From a virus (lineage: Duplodnaviria > Caudoviricetes): a stretch of 57,453 nt of DNA. This document shows positions 8,619 through 17,760 of the stretch, piece by piece. The notes under the pieces were generated by a model. It searched no databases and was not told the origin of the DNA. It saw only the letters and a program-made list of their open reading frames with translations. The translations under genes and the position numbers were made by a program. Positions within the stretch are counted from its first letter, which is position 1, and each line of letters begins with the position of its first letter. The stretch spans positions 1 through 57,453 of the IMG/VR virus record IMGVR_UViG_3300031576_000049, one strand, 5' to 3'.

Positions 8619-8804
8619 TTGGGCTTCTCCATAATCTCGCAGAGTTTTTTGCGCCATAAGTTATGGCTCCGTCCTGGCCAAGACCACCTCCACCTGATCC
8701 CCACTAACGAAAAACGTCTCGCCGGTGGCGGTCTCGATCCGAAGCCGCTGGTTATACTGCCCTCCTCCCGGCCCGCTGCGACGGGCCGAGGCAAGGCAGG
8801 AACC

Positions 8805-9020
8805 CTACGCGGGAACCCGGTAGGTGCGCTCCTTATCCTCGCTGCGGAAAGACTCGACCTTGAGGCCCATCTTCTTGCCCAGGGCGGCGCTTATGAAGCC
8901 CCGGACCGTGTGGGCCTGCCAGCCGGTGCCCTCCATGATCTCGGCTAAGGTAACCCCCTTAGCCCGGCGCATCAGCTTGAGGACCGCCGCCTTCTTGCTG
9001 CCGTTGCGGGCTTCCTTGTT
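8805..9020 (-). pseudogene. DUF3489-like domain lacking its own start
   Basis: SKKAAVLKLMRRAKGVTLAEIMEGTGWQAHTVRGFISAALGKKMGL...RTYRV. It begins out of frame at the stop of the upstream gene. Confidence 0.7.
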
Positions 9021-9378
9021 ACTGGGCGATCGGCGTCTGGCGACAATCGCTAGTGCGGTGCTGCTGGCTACCGCAGTGGTAGCAGCCGTCCAGCTCCCCT
9101 GCCTGCTCGTAGGCTGCGACGCGCTCGGGGGCGGGCAGCGGGCGCCCCTCGATATCTCGGGCCTCTCCAGCGTATGGCACGTCGGTGACCCACTCGCCAG
9201 GCTTGGCCTGTCGCCGCCGCAACCTCTGAGCGCCACGGATACGGACCTTGCGCCCGGTGGCGATGTTCGTTGCGTCCCACCCGCCGTACGGCGACTCGCG
9301 GGTGATGCGGACCCCGGTTAGCTTGCCGCTGACTTTGACGATGTAAGTGGCTCCTATTTCGACTTGGGATTTCTTCAT
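9019..9378 (-). CDS. Small basic protein with C-terminal CxxCxxxxHxxxxC knuckle
   Basis: Same N-terminus as 8352..8618; [14 protein letters not shown]; GGAGG RBS. Confidence 0.8.
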   Translation of the reverse strand: MKKSQVEIGATYIVKVSGKLTGVRITRESPYGGWDATNIATGRKVRIRGAQRLRRRQAKPGEWVTDVPYAGEARDIEGRPLPAPERVAAYEQAGELDGCYHCGSQQHRTSDCRQTPIAQ

Positions 9379-9414
9379 TGGTTCCTCCGTTTCCTAATAC
9401 AGGCTTCCGGCTTC

Positions 9415-9516
9415 AAATTAACAAATTACACTTCGTTTGTCAAGTAATTTCTAATTGCTTTGTTTTGTTCGGTCTGCCAGGTTTCCTTGACAAACGGCAC
9501 CAAGTTAGGATAGGAT
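9415..9516. promoter_or_regulatory. Divergent promoter pair
   Basis: Minus strand TTGACA-N17-TAATTT (9443 to 9415); plus strand TTGACA-N18-TAGGAT (9487..9516). Both start TTGACAAACG. Confidence 0.65.
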
Positions 9517-9525
9517 TTAAGCCAC

Positions 9526-9738
9526 ATGGATTTAGGCCGAATCACTGACAAGGAGCTGTGGTCCGAGGTGGGCCGGCGCCGGCGCGCTCGGGTGCGCCAC
9601 GCCCGCGGTGGGCGGCCTCCTGTCTATCGTGCCTGTCCGGTGTGTCGGTGCCTGTTCGCAGCGCGTCAATTAATTCGGCACACCCCGACTTGCCGCAGGC
9701 ACCAGAAAAAGCGGAACCGTTCGGCAATTTCGTCCTAA
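9526..9738 (+). CDS. Small basic Zn-finger-like protein, possible regulator
   Basis: ELWSEVGRRRR...GGRPP...CPVC...HTPTC, directly after a promoter. Confidence 0.65.
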   Translation: MDLGRITDKELWSEVGRRRRARVRHARGGRPPVYRACPVCRCLFAARQLIRHTPTCRRHQKKRNRSAISS

Positions 9739-10362
9739 GCCTTCCTGGTGGTCCCCGATTACCACCCTGGCCTCCCCGACGCGCCCAGCGAAGCCCCTGC
9801 GGCCACTACGCCCTATCCTGATGGCCTTGCGCCACGTCAAATGTGGCGTTCGCCGCGTCGCCAAGTTGACCTAGGCGACCGACCCCCCGGCCACCAAAAT
9901 CCGCCGTGGGTCCCATACGCCCCCTAGCGCTTTAATTCTACGCTTGTGGGCATGAGTCCGGACTCGTTGAGAGCAAAGGCTAATGGCCGATGGCGATGGA
10001 CTAATCCAGTTTGGAGGTGCTGCTCAACTGAAGGAGTAAGCAAAGTGCTTTGGGAAAGGGGGAGGGCCGTTGGGGGCATGGATGCTTGAGGATCACCGAC
10101 GCCGACGCACTGACGGGACCAGACAGGTACATGGTGGTTGCTGTAGGATCCTGCCGTCCGCGCCAAAAGTACCTAGAAAAAAAGCCACCTTTTACGGTTT
10201 GTGAAATCGACTTTCCGGCCCTTTATTTTCAATGACATAAAACCGAAGTGCATACTACTGATAGAGAGTGAGGCCCTTGAAAGGTCGGCATCCTTTGTTA
10301 TGAACGACTTGCAGGCGATGTTTTAGCGAACAGCCAGCGAAGGTTTCACGAATGCGTTTTCG

Positions 10363-10492
10363 ATCCCATCTTGAGGGTAGGACTATATAAATATTTATAT
10401 AAGAATAGCTTGAGTGGATAACAGGATTCCCCTAACAGGCCCTTGCCGGCGCTCAAAAACGCCCCCTATATCACTTCCCCACAAGATGGGAT
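10363..10492. repeat. AT-only 18-bp palindrome inside a 15-bp inverted repeat (origin-like)
   Basis: TATATAAATATTTATATA at 10384..10401, flanked by ATCCCATCTTGAGGG (10363) and CCCACAAGATGGGAT (ends 10492). Confidence 0.8.
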
Positions 10493-10759
10493 TAATTCTC
10501 GGCCTCCGTCTCGGTCTCCGGCGCTCTGCTTTTGCCTCGCCTTGCAGGGAACCCGCCACAAGCCGCCGGTGCCCGACTTTCACATCGCCTTTTGATCGCC
10601 AGGTAGGCCCGTAAAGCCATGAAAACACGCCGGCTATAGATGGCGAAGCCGAGACAGTCATCAAGCGAATCCTGCCGTACTTGGTTCGTCGGGGCTACGA
10701 CGTGGAAAAGGACATGAGCTTTGAGGACCCTGTGGCGATCCTACTGATGAGGGTCGCAA

Positions 10760-11485
10760 TCACTCCAATGGGTGTGTCCAAAAAATCCCGGATTCTTCAG
10801 CAACAGCTAAAAAATTAATCGATACTACCTGCGCCGCCCACGCCGCCTCCGCCGCCCACGCCGCCCGCGCCGCCGCCGCCCGCGCCGCCCCCGCCGCCCG
10901 CGCCGCCCCCACCCCCGCCGCCCCCGCCGCCCACGCCGCCCACACCTCCGCCGCCTCTGCCGCCGCCTCCGCCGACCACGCCGACCACGCCTCCGCCGCC
11001 TCCGCCGACCACGCTGCCGACCACGCCTCCGCCCGCGCCTCCGCCGCCGCCCGCGCCGCCACCGCCACCGCCCGCGCCGCCTCCGCCGTTCTATCTTGCC
11101 CCGTAAGCCAATTGTGTGCCCACAGTTGAAACGCCTTCGATTGAGGCAATTTCGATGCTACGCGGATAGCGAATCCTACTCGCTGTTCCAAAGTAATTCC
11201 GAGTAGAAGGAGCCGCCTAATAGTTTTACAGCGCCTAACCCCTATCTTCAGGCCATCGGCCTTGCCTATCTCATCGGTTTCAGCCAACCATAGAATCGGC
11301 TCGGTGAAAGCTCCATGTATGGGGTTGAACAGTACAGCAAGGACAGGGTGAAGGTAAGCATGAATCCAGCCCGATGTGCAAAACGCACCAGTACCAAGTG
11401 CGGTGTGTTCCACCCCTTCGCCCCACTGGGTATTACCGTGGGTCCGTCCCTCTCGATCGGTTAGCTTGTAAATCTTCAAGGCCAT
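10760..11485 (-). CDS. Phage protein with Ala/Trp low-complexity repeats
   Basis: Globular N-terminus (YKLTD...TQWGEG...GWIHAYLHPVLAVLFNPIH), then AAWSAEAAEAW-type repeats encoded by GCG runs. Confidence 0.8.
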   Translation of the reverse strand: MALKIYKLTDREGRTHGNTQWGEGVEHTALGTGAFCTSGWIHAYLHPVLAVLFNPIHGAFTEPILWLAETDEIGKADGLKIGVRRCKTIRRLLLLGITLEQRVGFAIRVASKLPQSKAFQLWAHNWLTGQDRTAEAARAVAVAARAAAEARAEAWSAAWSAEAAEAWSAWSAEAAAEAAEVWAAWAAGAAGVGAARAAGAARAAAARAAWAAEAAWAAQVVSINFLAVAEESGIFWTHPLE

Positions 11486-11611
11486 TGATCGCCCGCCCTC
11501 GCGGCAGGTGCCGCATACTCGGCCGCAAAAGATGCCTCTGGCGTCCGTGGAGCATTCTGCCCTACGTTAACACAAACTCATGCCGTTTGTAAAGACATTT
11601 CTTCTATGCAG

Positions 11612-11900
11612 CCTTTGACAAACGGCACCAAGTTAGGGTATCGTTCTAGCGTAAGTGGATTTGAGCTTGGTCCCCGACAAGGAGCTGTGGTCTGCGCCCG
11701 TGGCGGACGGCCTCCCGTCTATTCTCCCTGCCCTGTGTGTCATGACCTGTTCGCGGCGCGCTAGTTAATCCGGCACGCCCCGGGCTGCCGCAGGCTTCAG
11801 CGCCGCAAGCTTCAGAAAAAGTAGACAGGCGGTATCCCGGAAGGTCGCCCTGGGCCATCCGACGCGCTAGGCGCGCCCGTCTTGGTCTATTCTGCTGGCC
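11612..11900 (+). pseudogene. Degenerate duplicate of the 9485..9830 promoter and gene
   Basis: TTGACAAACGGCACCAAGTTAGG and GACAAGGAGCTGTGGTC are shared; internal deletion and an in-frame TAG. Confidence 0.75.
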
Positions 11901-11944
11901 GGTCCAGCGGTTCCGATACTTGCTCGGCGGGCCGCCGGACCGGA

Positions 11945-12392
11945 CGGTGGGGGCGGTTCAGCCTTGCGGTTTCGCAGGTTGTCGGGAAGCGGCTCACATG
12001 GGATCGGCTCACCGGCAAGGCGGATTGCGAGCACATCAGATTATAAAGGCTCTGTCGCACCAATACCAGCAGCAGGGCAGAGGCAAGCGCCCGAAGGGAG
12101 AGGCTAAAAAGCTAAAGGCCGTGGATTCCACGGCCCGGCTCTATGAAGGCATCACCCTGAGTGGATTCTTGGCGGAGTCCTCGGGTGAATAGTCACATGC
12201 AACGTGACAGGAGAAGTGTGTCATGCTGCTGGTCCAAAAGTCAAGATCGAGAAAAGAGGAAGCTAGGCTCAAGAAGGAACGCGAGAGGCGGAGGCAGGCG
12301 AAGCGAATCGCATCCTGAGAGCCACGGATCGGCTCAGCCTATCGTTCCACCATGGCCCGCTACCGGGATGAGTTGTCAAGTAATTTGTTACC
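11945..12392 (+). mobile_element. Decayed IS1595-family right-end remnant
   Basis: Encodes RFSLAVSQVVGKRLTWDRLTGK (the intact transposase has RFSLALSQIVGKRLTWNRLTGK). Ends in TTGTCAAGTAATTTGTTACC, resembling the IS terminal repeat. Confidence 0.8.
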
Positions 12393-13668
12393 CAAACATG
12401 GCCAACGGGGGCACACGGCCAAGGGCCATCCGGCAGTAATCGTATTTCAGGTCCATGACTACGGCCTGACGCCCCATCAGGAAGGCGACATCCGCTACGG
12501 TTCCGGACCCGCCAAAGGGGTCAAGGACAAGACCGTGTTCGGGACAACCAGCGGCGATGCAACGGCGGACCAGTTCACGGGGGAAAGTAGCGAAGTGCGC
12601 GCCGTCGAAAGCATCCGTCGGGATGGTCCAGACGGTGCGCGCGTTGCGGGTTAGGCCGAAAGGGGAATCATGGTCGGCTCCAGCCGCCCTGGCATCGTGC
12701 ATATTCTGTAAAAGCCGCCGGCCCGACGACTGGGGATCCTGCCCACTCCATTTGCCAGCGTATCTACCAACCGCGTCTTGCTTGCGAATCTCTCTCTCGC
12801 TCGGATGTTGCGGGTCCCGATCCTGGTGTATTCGGCTGTTGCGCCCCTCGCGCCCGCGCTGCTGCCCGCCGTGTTGCTGTTCCTTTGGCCTCCCGTCCAT
12901 CTCCCAGGCCCCTTGCGAACCGTACAGCCGGCGGGTGTCGGCGGTTACGCACGGCTCGGCAATCGCGTCGGCGTCGAAGTAGTACCGCTCGGACTTCGTC
13001 AGCAGGAACACGTGCTCGTGGCTGCTGGTGGGCCGGTCCTGCACGCTCTCCGGCATCGGGTTCGGCTTCGACCATATAATGTCAGAACGCAAATACCAAC
13101 CGTCCGCTTGTAGCGCAAAGGCCACGCGCCAGGGAATACCGCAGAGATCTTTAGGCTTGAGGCCGGGTGGCGTGCCAGGTCGTAATCCATCCGCGAAGTT
13201 GTCGTCTTTGAACGCGAGGTGAGGTTTTGATTGGCCGGGATCGCGTGTGCTGCGACCACCGCTTGTGTACGAGTCCCCTAGATTCAACCACAATGTTCCG
13301 TCATCCTGCAGCACCCGCCGGACCCCACGGAGCACATCGACGATGTGCGCGACATAAAGTTCCAGAGTCGGCTCCAGGCCGAGCGAACCACGCCAAGCAC
13401 CGCACTTGGGGCAGAATGCGCCTTGCCGTGCAGCTTTGATTTTAGCTGCCGGGTTGCCACCGGTGGCCCATGCGAGTGAATCTCGTCTGCTATCGCGGGG
13501 CTGCCACTTTTCAGCGTCCCATTCGTGCTGGCAGCACCCCGGTTCCCCATCCCAAACCGTCGGCTCGGCCCCATAATCCCGTAGCCCCCAGTACGGCGGC
13601 GAGGTTATGCAGCAATGCATCGACTCGTCCGGAAGCGGAATCGCCCGAGCGTCAGCGTTCAGGATCAT
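12388..13668 (-). CDS. Site-specific DNA methyltransferase, N4C/N6A beta class
   Basis: TSPPYW near the N-terminus, DIIWSKPNPMPES, HFATFP, DPFGGSGT near the C-terminus. Confidence 0.95.
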   Translation of the reverse strand: MILNADARAIPLPDESMHCCITSPPYWGLRDYGAEPTVWDGEPGCCQHEWDAEKWQPRDSRRDSLAWATGGNPAAKIKAARQGAFCPKCGAWRGSLGLEPTLELYVAHIVDVLRGVRRVLQDDGTLWLNLGDSYTSGGRSTRDPGQSKPHLAFKDDNFADGLRPGTPPGLKPKDLCGIPWRVAFALQADGWYLRSDIIWSKPNPMPESVQDRPTSSHEHVFLLTKSERYYFDADAIAEPCVTADTRRLYGSQGAWEMDGRPKEQQHGGQQRGREGRNSRIHQDRDPQHPSEREIRKQDAVGRYAGKWSGQDPQSSGRRLLQNMHDARAAGADHDSPFGLTRNARTVWTIPTDAFDGAHFATFPRELVRRCIAAGCPEHGLVLDPFGGSGTVADVAFLMGRQAVVMDLKYDYCRMALGRVPPLAMFG

Positions 13669-13721
13669 CGCAAAACCACCGGTCGTCTGGGTCTAGCCAT
13701 CCGCCTGACGGCCCCGCCGAC

Positions 13722-14075
13722 TCATCGCCGGGCGCGGGCCAGGTCCGATTTAATCTCAGTCGCCGTAACGAAGGCGTTCCGCTTCACCAGCCGCGCCTCG
13801 TGGATGCCTTCGTACCCCGGCCCGGCGATCACAAGCTGGTCTGGCTGCCGACCCGGAAACGCTGGCGTCGTGATCCGCACCTCGAACTGCGTCACCGCGA
13901 ACGCCGTTGGATCCAAGCCGACCAGCGGCAGGGCGGCATAGAGCGCCGCCCCCACAGCGCTGTCGGTCGTTACTTGCCGCCAGGCCGCGCCGTGGCCCTC
14001 CAGTTCGCCGTCGTCGGTGCGCTTCAGGCCCGGAAATTTCTGCAACAATATTTCCTCTGCCGATCGTAACGCCAT
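13722..14075 (-). CDS. Hypothetical protein
   Basis: 117-aa ORF with GGAGG RBS. Confidence 0.6.
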   Translation of the reverse strand: MALRSAEEILLQKFPGLKRTDDGELEGHGAAWRQVTTDSAVGAALYAALPLVGLDPTAFAVTQFEVRITTPAFPGRQPDQLVIAGPGYEGIHEARLVKRNAFVTATEIKSDLARARR

Positions 14076-14172
14076 GGTTTCATCCTCCGCCGTTCTAGAG
14101 TATCATGAATTCGCCCCAAATTAGGGCAATAATTTACTTGACAAATCGAACCAGATCGGCTATGCTTGAAGC

Positions 14173-15138
14173 ATGGCACAGGAACCCAACACTCTTCAAG
14201 AAGCGATCCTCTACTTCGCCAATCCCGATAATTGCCGGGACTACTTGGTGCGACGGCGCTGGCCGAACGGCGTCATCTGCCCCCGCTGCGGGAGCCAAAA
14301 AGTAGCTCTCCTAGAGAAGTACAACCGTTGGCAGTGCAGCGCGACCCACGACGCCCGACAGTTCACCGCCAAGACCGGCACCATCTTCGAGGACAGCCCG
14401 ATTGGCTTAGACAAGTGGCTGCTGGCGATGTGGCAGATCGTGAATTGCAAGAACGGCGTCAGCAGCTATGAGATTCACCGGGCCATCGGCGTCACCCAAA
14501 AGACCGCATGGTTCATGGATCACCGCATCCGGCTGGCGCTACAAGGGAAAGAGGGTGGGAAGCTCTCCGGCGAGGTCGAGGTAGACGAGACCTTCATTGG
14601 CGGCAAGGCCCGCAACATGCACTTGAGCAGGCGGCGGAAGAAGATCACCAAGTCAGGCCCGCACGACAAGGTGCCTGTCCTCGGTATCTTGCAGCGGGGC
14701 GGGAAGGTGCGAACCGTGGTGGTGCCCGACCGGAAGAAGAACACTCTCCAGGGCACCGTGAAGGAGCATGTGGAAGCGGGCGCGGCGATCTTCACAGATG
14801 AACTGCTGTCCTACGACGGACTGGAGAGGGACTACGCCCACCAGATCATCGATCATGCGGTAGAATACGTTCGGGGCGCCGTGCACACCAACACCATGGA
14901 GAACTTCTGGAGTCTGGCGAAGCGCGGGCTGCACGGCACATACATCAGTGTGGAGCCGTTCCATCTGTTTCGATACTTCGACGAGCAGGCGTTCCGCTAC
15001 AACAACCGAAAGGACGGAGACGGCGAACTGATGAACGACGGGCAGCGGTTTAGCCTTGCGCTGTCGCAGATTGTCGGGAAGCGCCTGACTTGGAACCGGC
15101 TGACTGGGAAGGAGGATTCCGAGCGGGTCAGGGCATGA
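14173..15138 (+). CDS. IS1595-family DDE transposase with Zn ribbon
   Basis: RWPNGVICPRCGS, GTIFEDS, VEVDETFIGG, IFTDE, HTNTMENFWS, FRYNNR. Leaderless promoter TTGACA-N17-TATGCT lies within the left end. Confidence 0.95.
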   Translation: MAQEPNTLQEAILYFANPDNCRDYLVRRRWPNGVICPRCGSQKVALLEKYNRWQCSATHDARQFTAKTGTIFEDSPIGLDKWLLAMWQIVNCKNGVSSYEIHRAIGVTQKTAWFMDHRIRLALQGKEGGKLSGEVEVDETFIGGKARNMHLSRRRKKITKSGPHDKVPVLGILQRGGKVRTVVVPDRKKNTLQGTVKEHVEAGAAIFTDELLSYDGLERDYAHQIIDHAVEYVRGAVHTNTMENFWSLAKRGLHGTYISVEPFHLFRYFDEQAFRYNNRKDGDGELMNDGQRFSLALSQIVGKRLTWNRLTGKEDSERVRA

Positions 15139-15346
15139 AGGCTCTGCCGCACCAGTTTCAACGGCAGAGCAGAGGAAAGCGTTCCGGCAAGGGTTAACAT
15201 TGGTATAATGCGCCGGAAACGTCTGCTAGGAAGGCAGGGGCCGCACGCCCCGCGAAGGCTAGCGGCCCAGAAAATCTTGAACGGATCACGTAGCACGATC
15301 GGCGGTTGCCACGCCGTACGCGTACACTCAGTTAGGAGTGTACCAC

Positions 15347-16153
15347 ATGGCTGAGTTGCGCATCCCGGTTCTTTTGAATAAGGGTAGACCTGGAATCCCA
15401 CTACACAAGCTCGCTCGCATCTCTCTAGAACTTCAGCACTTCTTGGAACTGTTAGGCCAAGATGTCCAAATCGATTCTGGACTAGGATGGATCGGGACGG
15501 GGTTCTACGAAGGTTCTGTAGGATTCACGGCGGTTAAGGCGGAGCCGGTCGAGGATCATAAGGCGAAGGCGTTCAAGCAGGCTTTCAGGAATGTTGCGAA
15601 AAGACGACCGGACGCCAGGATTCGCCCATCCACGATCAGGCAGTACACCAGAATCGCTGATCCCATAGAACTAGAGGAAGTCGTTGGATTTGGATTGCCT
15701 CCCGTAGACGGCCCAGAACAAGGACCGGAAGAGTGGCACGACCTCACTAAGCAGGAAGCACTGTTGATCGCTTCCGAAGTGCAAACCGTAGTCCGGTCTC
15801 ATGGTGCGATTCAAGGTGTAGTTCATTCCATTTTCTTTGGGGCGTCCCCGCCGCATTTCCAGTTGAGAGAACTTTCCACTGGCGAACTTGTGAAGTGTAT
15901 TTATAGCAGTCGTAAGCAGTATGATGAACTTGCTCTCGTGCTCCAACAACAAAACGCTGTTGTGCACGTATACGGTTTTATTAAGACCGATCTTGTTAAC
16001 AGGCAGATTGAGGAACTTCGGGTGGACAGAGTCGCATTGGCCGACACATTTTCAAAGGAGGACTTCGAGCGCTTTGTAGGATGCGCTCCAGCTATGCTGG
16101 GCGATCAAAGCCTACAGGATTTCATCGACGAGGTGAGGCAGCGTGCCGACTAA
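15347..16153 (+). CDS. IS passenger protein, putative partner of the PIN protein
   Basis: Lower GC, AGGAG RBS, overlaps the start of the PIN gene. Confidence 0.7.
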   Translation: MAELRIPVLLNKGRPGIPLHKLARISLELQHFLELLGQDVQIDSGLGWIGTGFYEGSVGFTAVKAEPVEDHKAKAFKQAFRNVAKRRPDARIRPSTIRQYTRIADPIELEEVVGFGLPPVDGPEQGPEEWHDLTKQEALLIASEVQTVVRSHGAIQGVVHSIFFGASPPHFQLRELSTGELVKCIYSSRKQYDELALVLQQQNAVVHVYGFIKTDLVNRQIEELRVDRVALADTFSKEDFERFVGCAPAMLGDQSLQDFIDEVRQRAD

Positions 16154-16700
16154 GCCCAGGGTCTACATGGACTCCTGCTGCTTCATCGAGCTTGCTCTTC
16201 ATTCCATTGGCGACAACGAACCAGGGCGTGAGAATGACATTTGGCATTTAACACAACTCCTGAATGCCGCTCATGACGGTGAAATTGAGGTGCTCACTTC
16301 GATTCTTTCCGTGGCTGAGTGTACTCATGCCAGAGGCATCGTGACGGAAGACGTCAAAACACTCTTCAAGCGATTCCTGACCTCGGGGCAATATCTGTTC
16401 CTAATCCAGGATACGATCTTGGTGGCTGAAAGAGCCAGGAACTTACGATGGGTTCACAATTTAAGTTTTGGTGGAGCGGATTCCATTCACCTGGCATCCG
16501 CGATGGAATTGAGGTGCGATGAGTTCCTGACTTTCGATGGCAAGCCACACGCTTATGTTCAAGCGCTGGATAGCCTTGCGCTCCGAATCCGTTTCCCACG
16601 CGACACGCAATGCCTCCCTGGTGACTATCGACAGCAACCGCTCATTCCCAGCGAACCACCGCCGCCATCAGAAAATACCGAGACCCGGGAGTCATCATGA
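16143..16700 (+). CDS. PIN-domain (VapC-like) ribonuclease
   Basis: VYMDSCCFI, SILSVAEC, ADSIHLASA, FLTFD acidic motifs. Confidence 0.88.
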   Translation: MPTKPRVYMDSCCFIELALHSIGDNEPGRENDIWHLTQLLNAAHDGEIEVLTSILSVAECTHARGIVTEDVKTLFKRFLTSGQYLFLIQDTILVAERARNLRWVHNLSFGGADSIHLASAMELRCDEFLTFDGKPHAYVQALDSLALRIRFPRDTQCLPGDYRQQPLIPSEPPPPSENTETRESS

Positions 16701-16861
16701 AACCACTACCGCCACCCCACGTTCCTGGAAGCACGGACGCCGAACGCATGAACAACGCCCTCCGCACGGTCCTGTCCGTCTCCAAGGGAGACTTGCTGAA
16801 GGCCGAAGCGAAGTGGAAGCGGGCGCGGCAACGGAACAAGCCGGCAAAGAAGCCAGTCTGA
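16697..16861 (+). CDS. Small basic IS-terminal ORF (54 aa)
   Basis: MKPLPPPHVPGSTDAERMNNALRTVLSVSKGDLLKAEAKWKRARQRNKPAKKPV; ATGA overlap with the PIN stop. Confidence 0.55.
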   Translation: MKPLPPPHVPGSTDAERMNNALRTVLSVSKGDLLKAEAKWKRARQRNKPAKKPV

Positions 16862-16941
16862 TCCCAGCCTGCCACGTCAGGCCCCAAGCGTAGCGCCGTC
16901 TGGCCTGATTTGTCAAATCAGTTATTGCCCAAATTAGGCCC

Positions 16942-17361
16942 ATGCGCAACGGCCTCTACGTCCGGGATAAGCCGAATAATCGAATGCGGTGGACCGTCAA
17001 CTATGTCGATCCAGAGCCACCCGATTTCGAGCGGCCCCTGCGCGAGGTCGAGGAACCGTCGATCGCGCCTGTGGGCGATGACGCTCTGGCGGCGAAGGAG
17101 TTGGTCGAGCGCGCCTTGGCGAGGATACCCGTCCGGTGTGAGCGGATCCTGCGGGCGCGCTACGGAATTGGCGCCCAGTTCCAAACGTTGAGGGGATTGG
17201 CCGAGGCCTTCAGGGTAACCCCCGAACGGGTTCGGCAAATCGAGGCCAAGGCCATGAGGGCCATGATTAGGAAGATTAGGCGGCCCTTGCCGGTACCGCC
17301 GCCGGTCGGCCGTCTCCACCGACGGGTTGCGTCCGCCGGAATGACCGATGGTATTTGCTGA
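16942..17361 (+). CDS. Sigma-70 region-4 HTH protein
   Basis: ERILRARYGIG...TLRGLAEAFRVTPERVRQIEAKAMRAM. The original start at 14105 was displaced by the IS. Confidence 0.88.
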   Translation: MRNGLYVRDKPNNRMRWTVNYVDPEPPDFERPLREVEEPSIAPVGDDALAAKELVERALARIPVRCERILRARYGIGAQFQTLRGLAEAFRVTPERVRQIEAKAMRAMIRKIRRPLPVPPPVGRLHRRVASAGMTDGIC

Positions 17362-17749
17362 CCGCCGACTCGATTCCTTGGATCCGGCCTTCCTGCCTAA
17401 GGCCATGGAATTGATCGCCCGCGCCGCCGAGGCTGGCGTCGCCCTGATGATCGTCAACACTCGGCGGTCCCAGACCGAGCAGGCCCAGGCCATCGCTGAG
17501 GGCGTCTCCTGGACGGCGAAAAGCCGCCACCTCGTTGGGCTAGCCATCGACGTCGCTCCCTATGAGCAGTACGCCCTGCATGGACCGGATAAGCTGACGT
17601 GGGACGAGAAAGATCCTGCTTGGCAGAAAGTCGGCGCCATCGGCCAGGCCCTCGGCCTGAAGTGGGGCGTCGTCGTCAATGGCGTTCGCAAGGACCTTGG
17701 CCACTTCGAGATGCCGGTCGCCCTGGTTGCGCCCACCATCGAGGTATGA
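17348..17749 (+). CDS. Endolysin, M15 family peptidase
   Basis: RSQTEQ, SRHLVGLAID, LKWG, DLGHFE. Confidence 0.9.
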   Translation: MVFADRRLDSLDPAFLPKAMELIARAAEAGVALMIVNTRRSQTEQAQAIAEGVSWTAKSRHLVGLAIDVAPYEQYALHGPDKLTWDEKDPAWQKVGAIGQALGLKWGVVVNGVRKDLGHFEMPVALVAPTIEV

Positions 17750-17760
17750 TTTAGCCCGCG

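Larger units (their letters stand above)
14125..16929 (+). mobile_element. IS1595-family element with passenger genes
   Basis: Terminal inverted repeats GGCAATAATTTACTTGACAAATC / GATTTGTCAAATCAGTTATTGCC; 8-bp target duplication CAAATTAG at 14117..14124 and 16930..16937. Confidence 0.93.

Noticed and set aside
9437-9450. TTGTCAAGTAATTT as a third IS end
   Set aside because: It lacks the terminal bases and any transposase remnant, and is explained by a -35 box.
9875-9925. GACCCCCCCGG...GGGTCCCATAC as a pac or cos site
   Set aside because: The resemblance is impressionistic and cannot be supported without read data.
10815-11024. Poly-Gly ORF
   Set aside because: It is an alternative frame of the GCG-rich Ala repeat.
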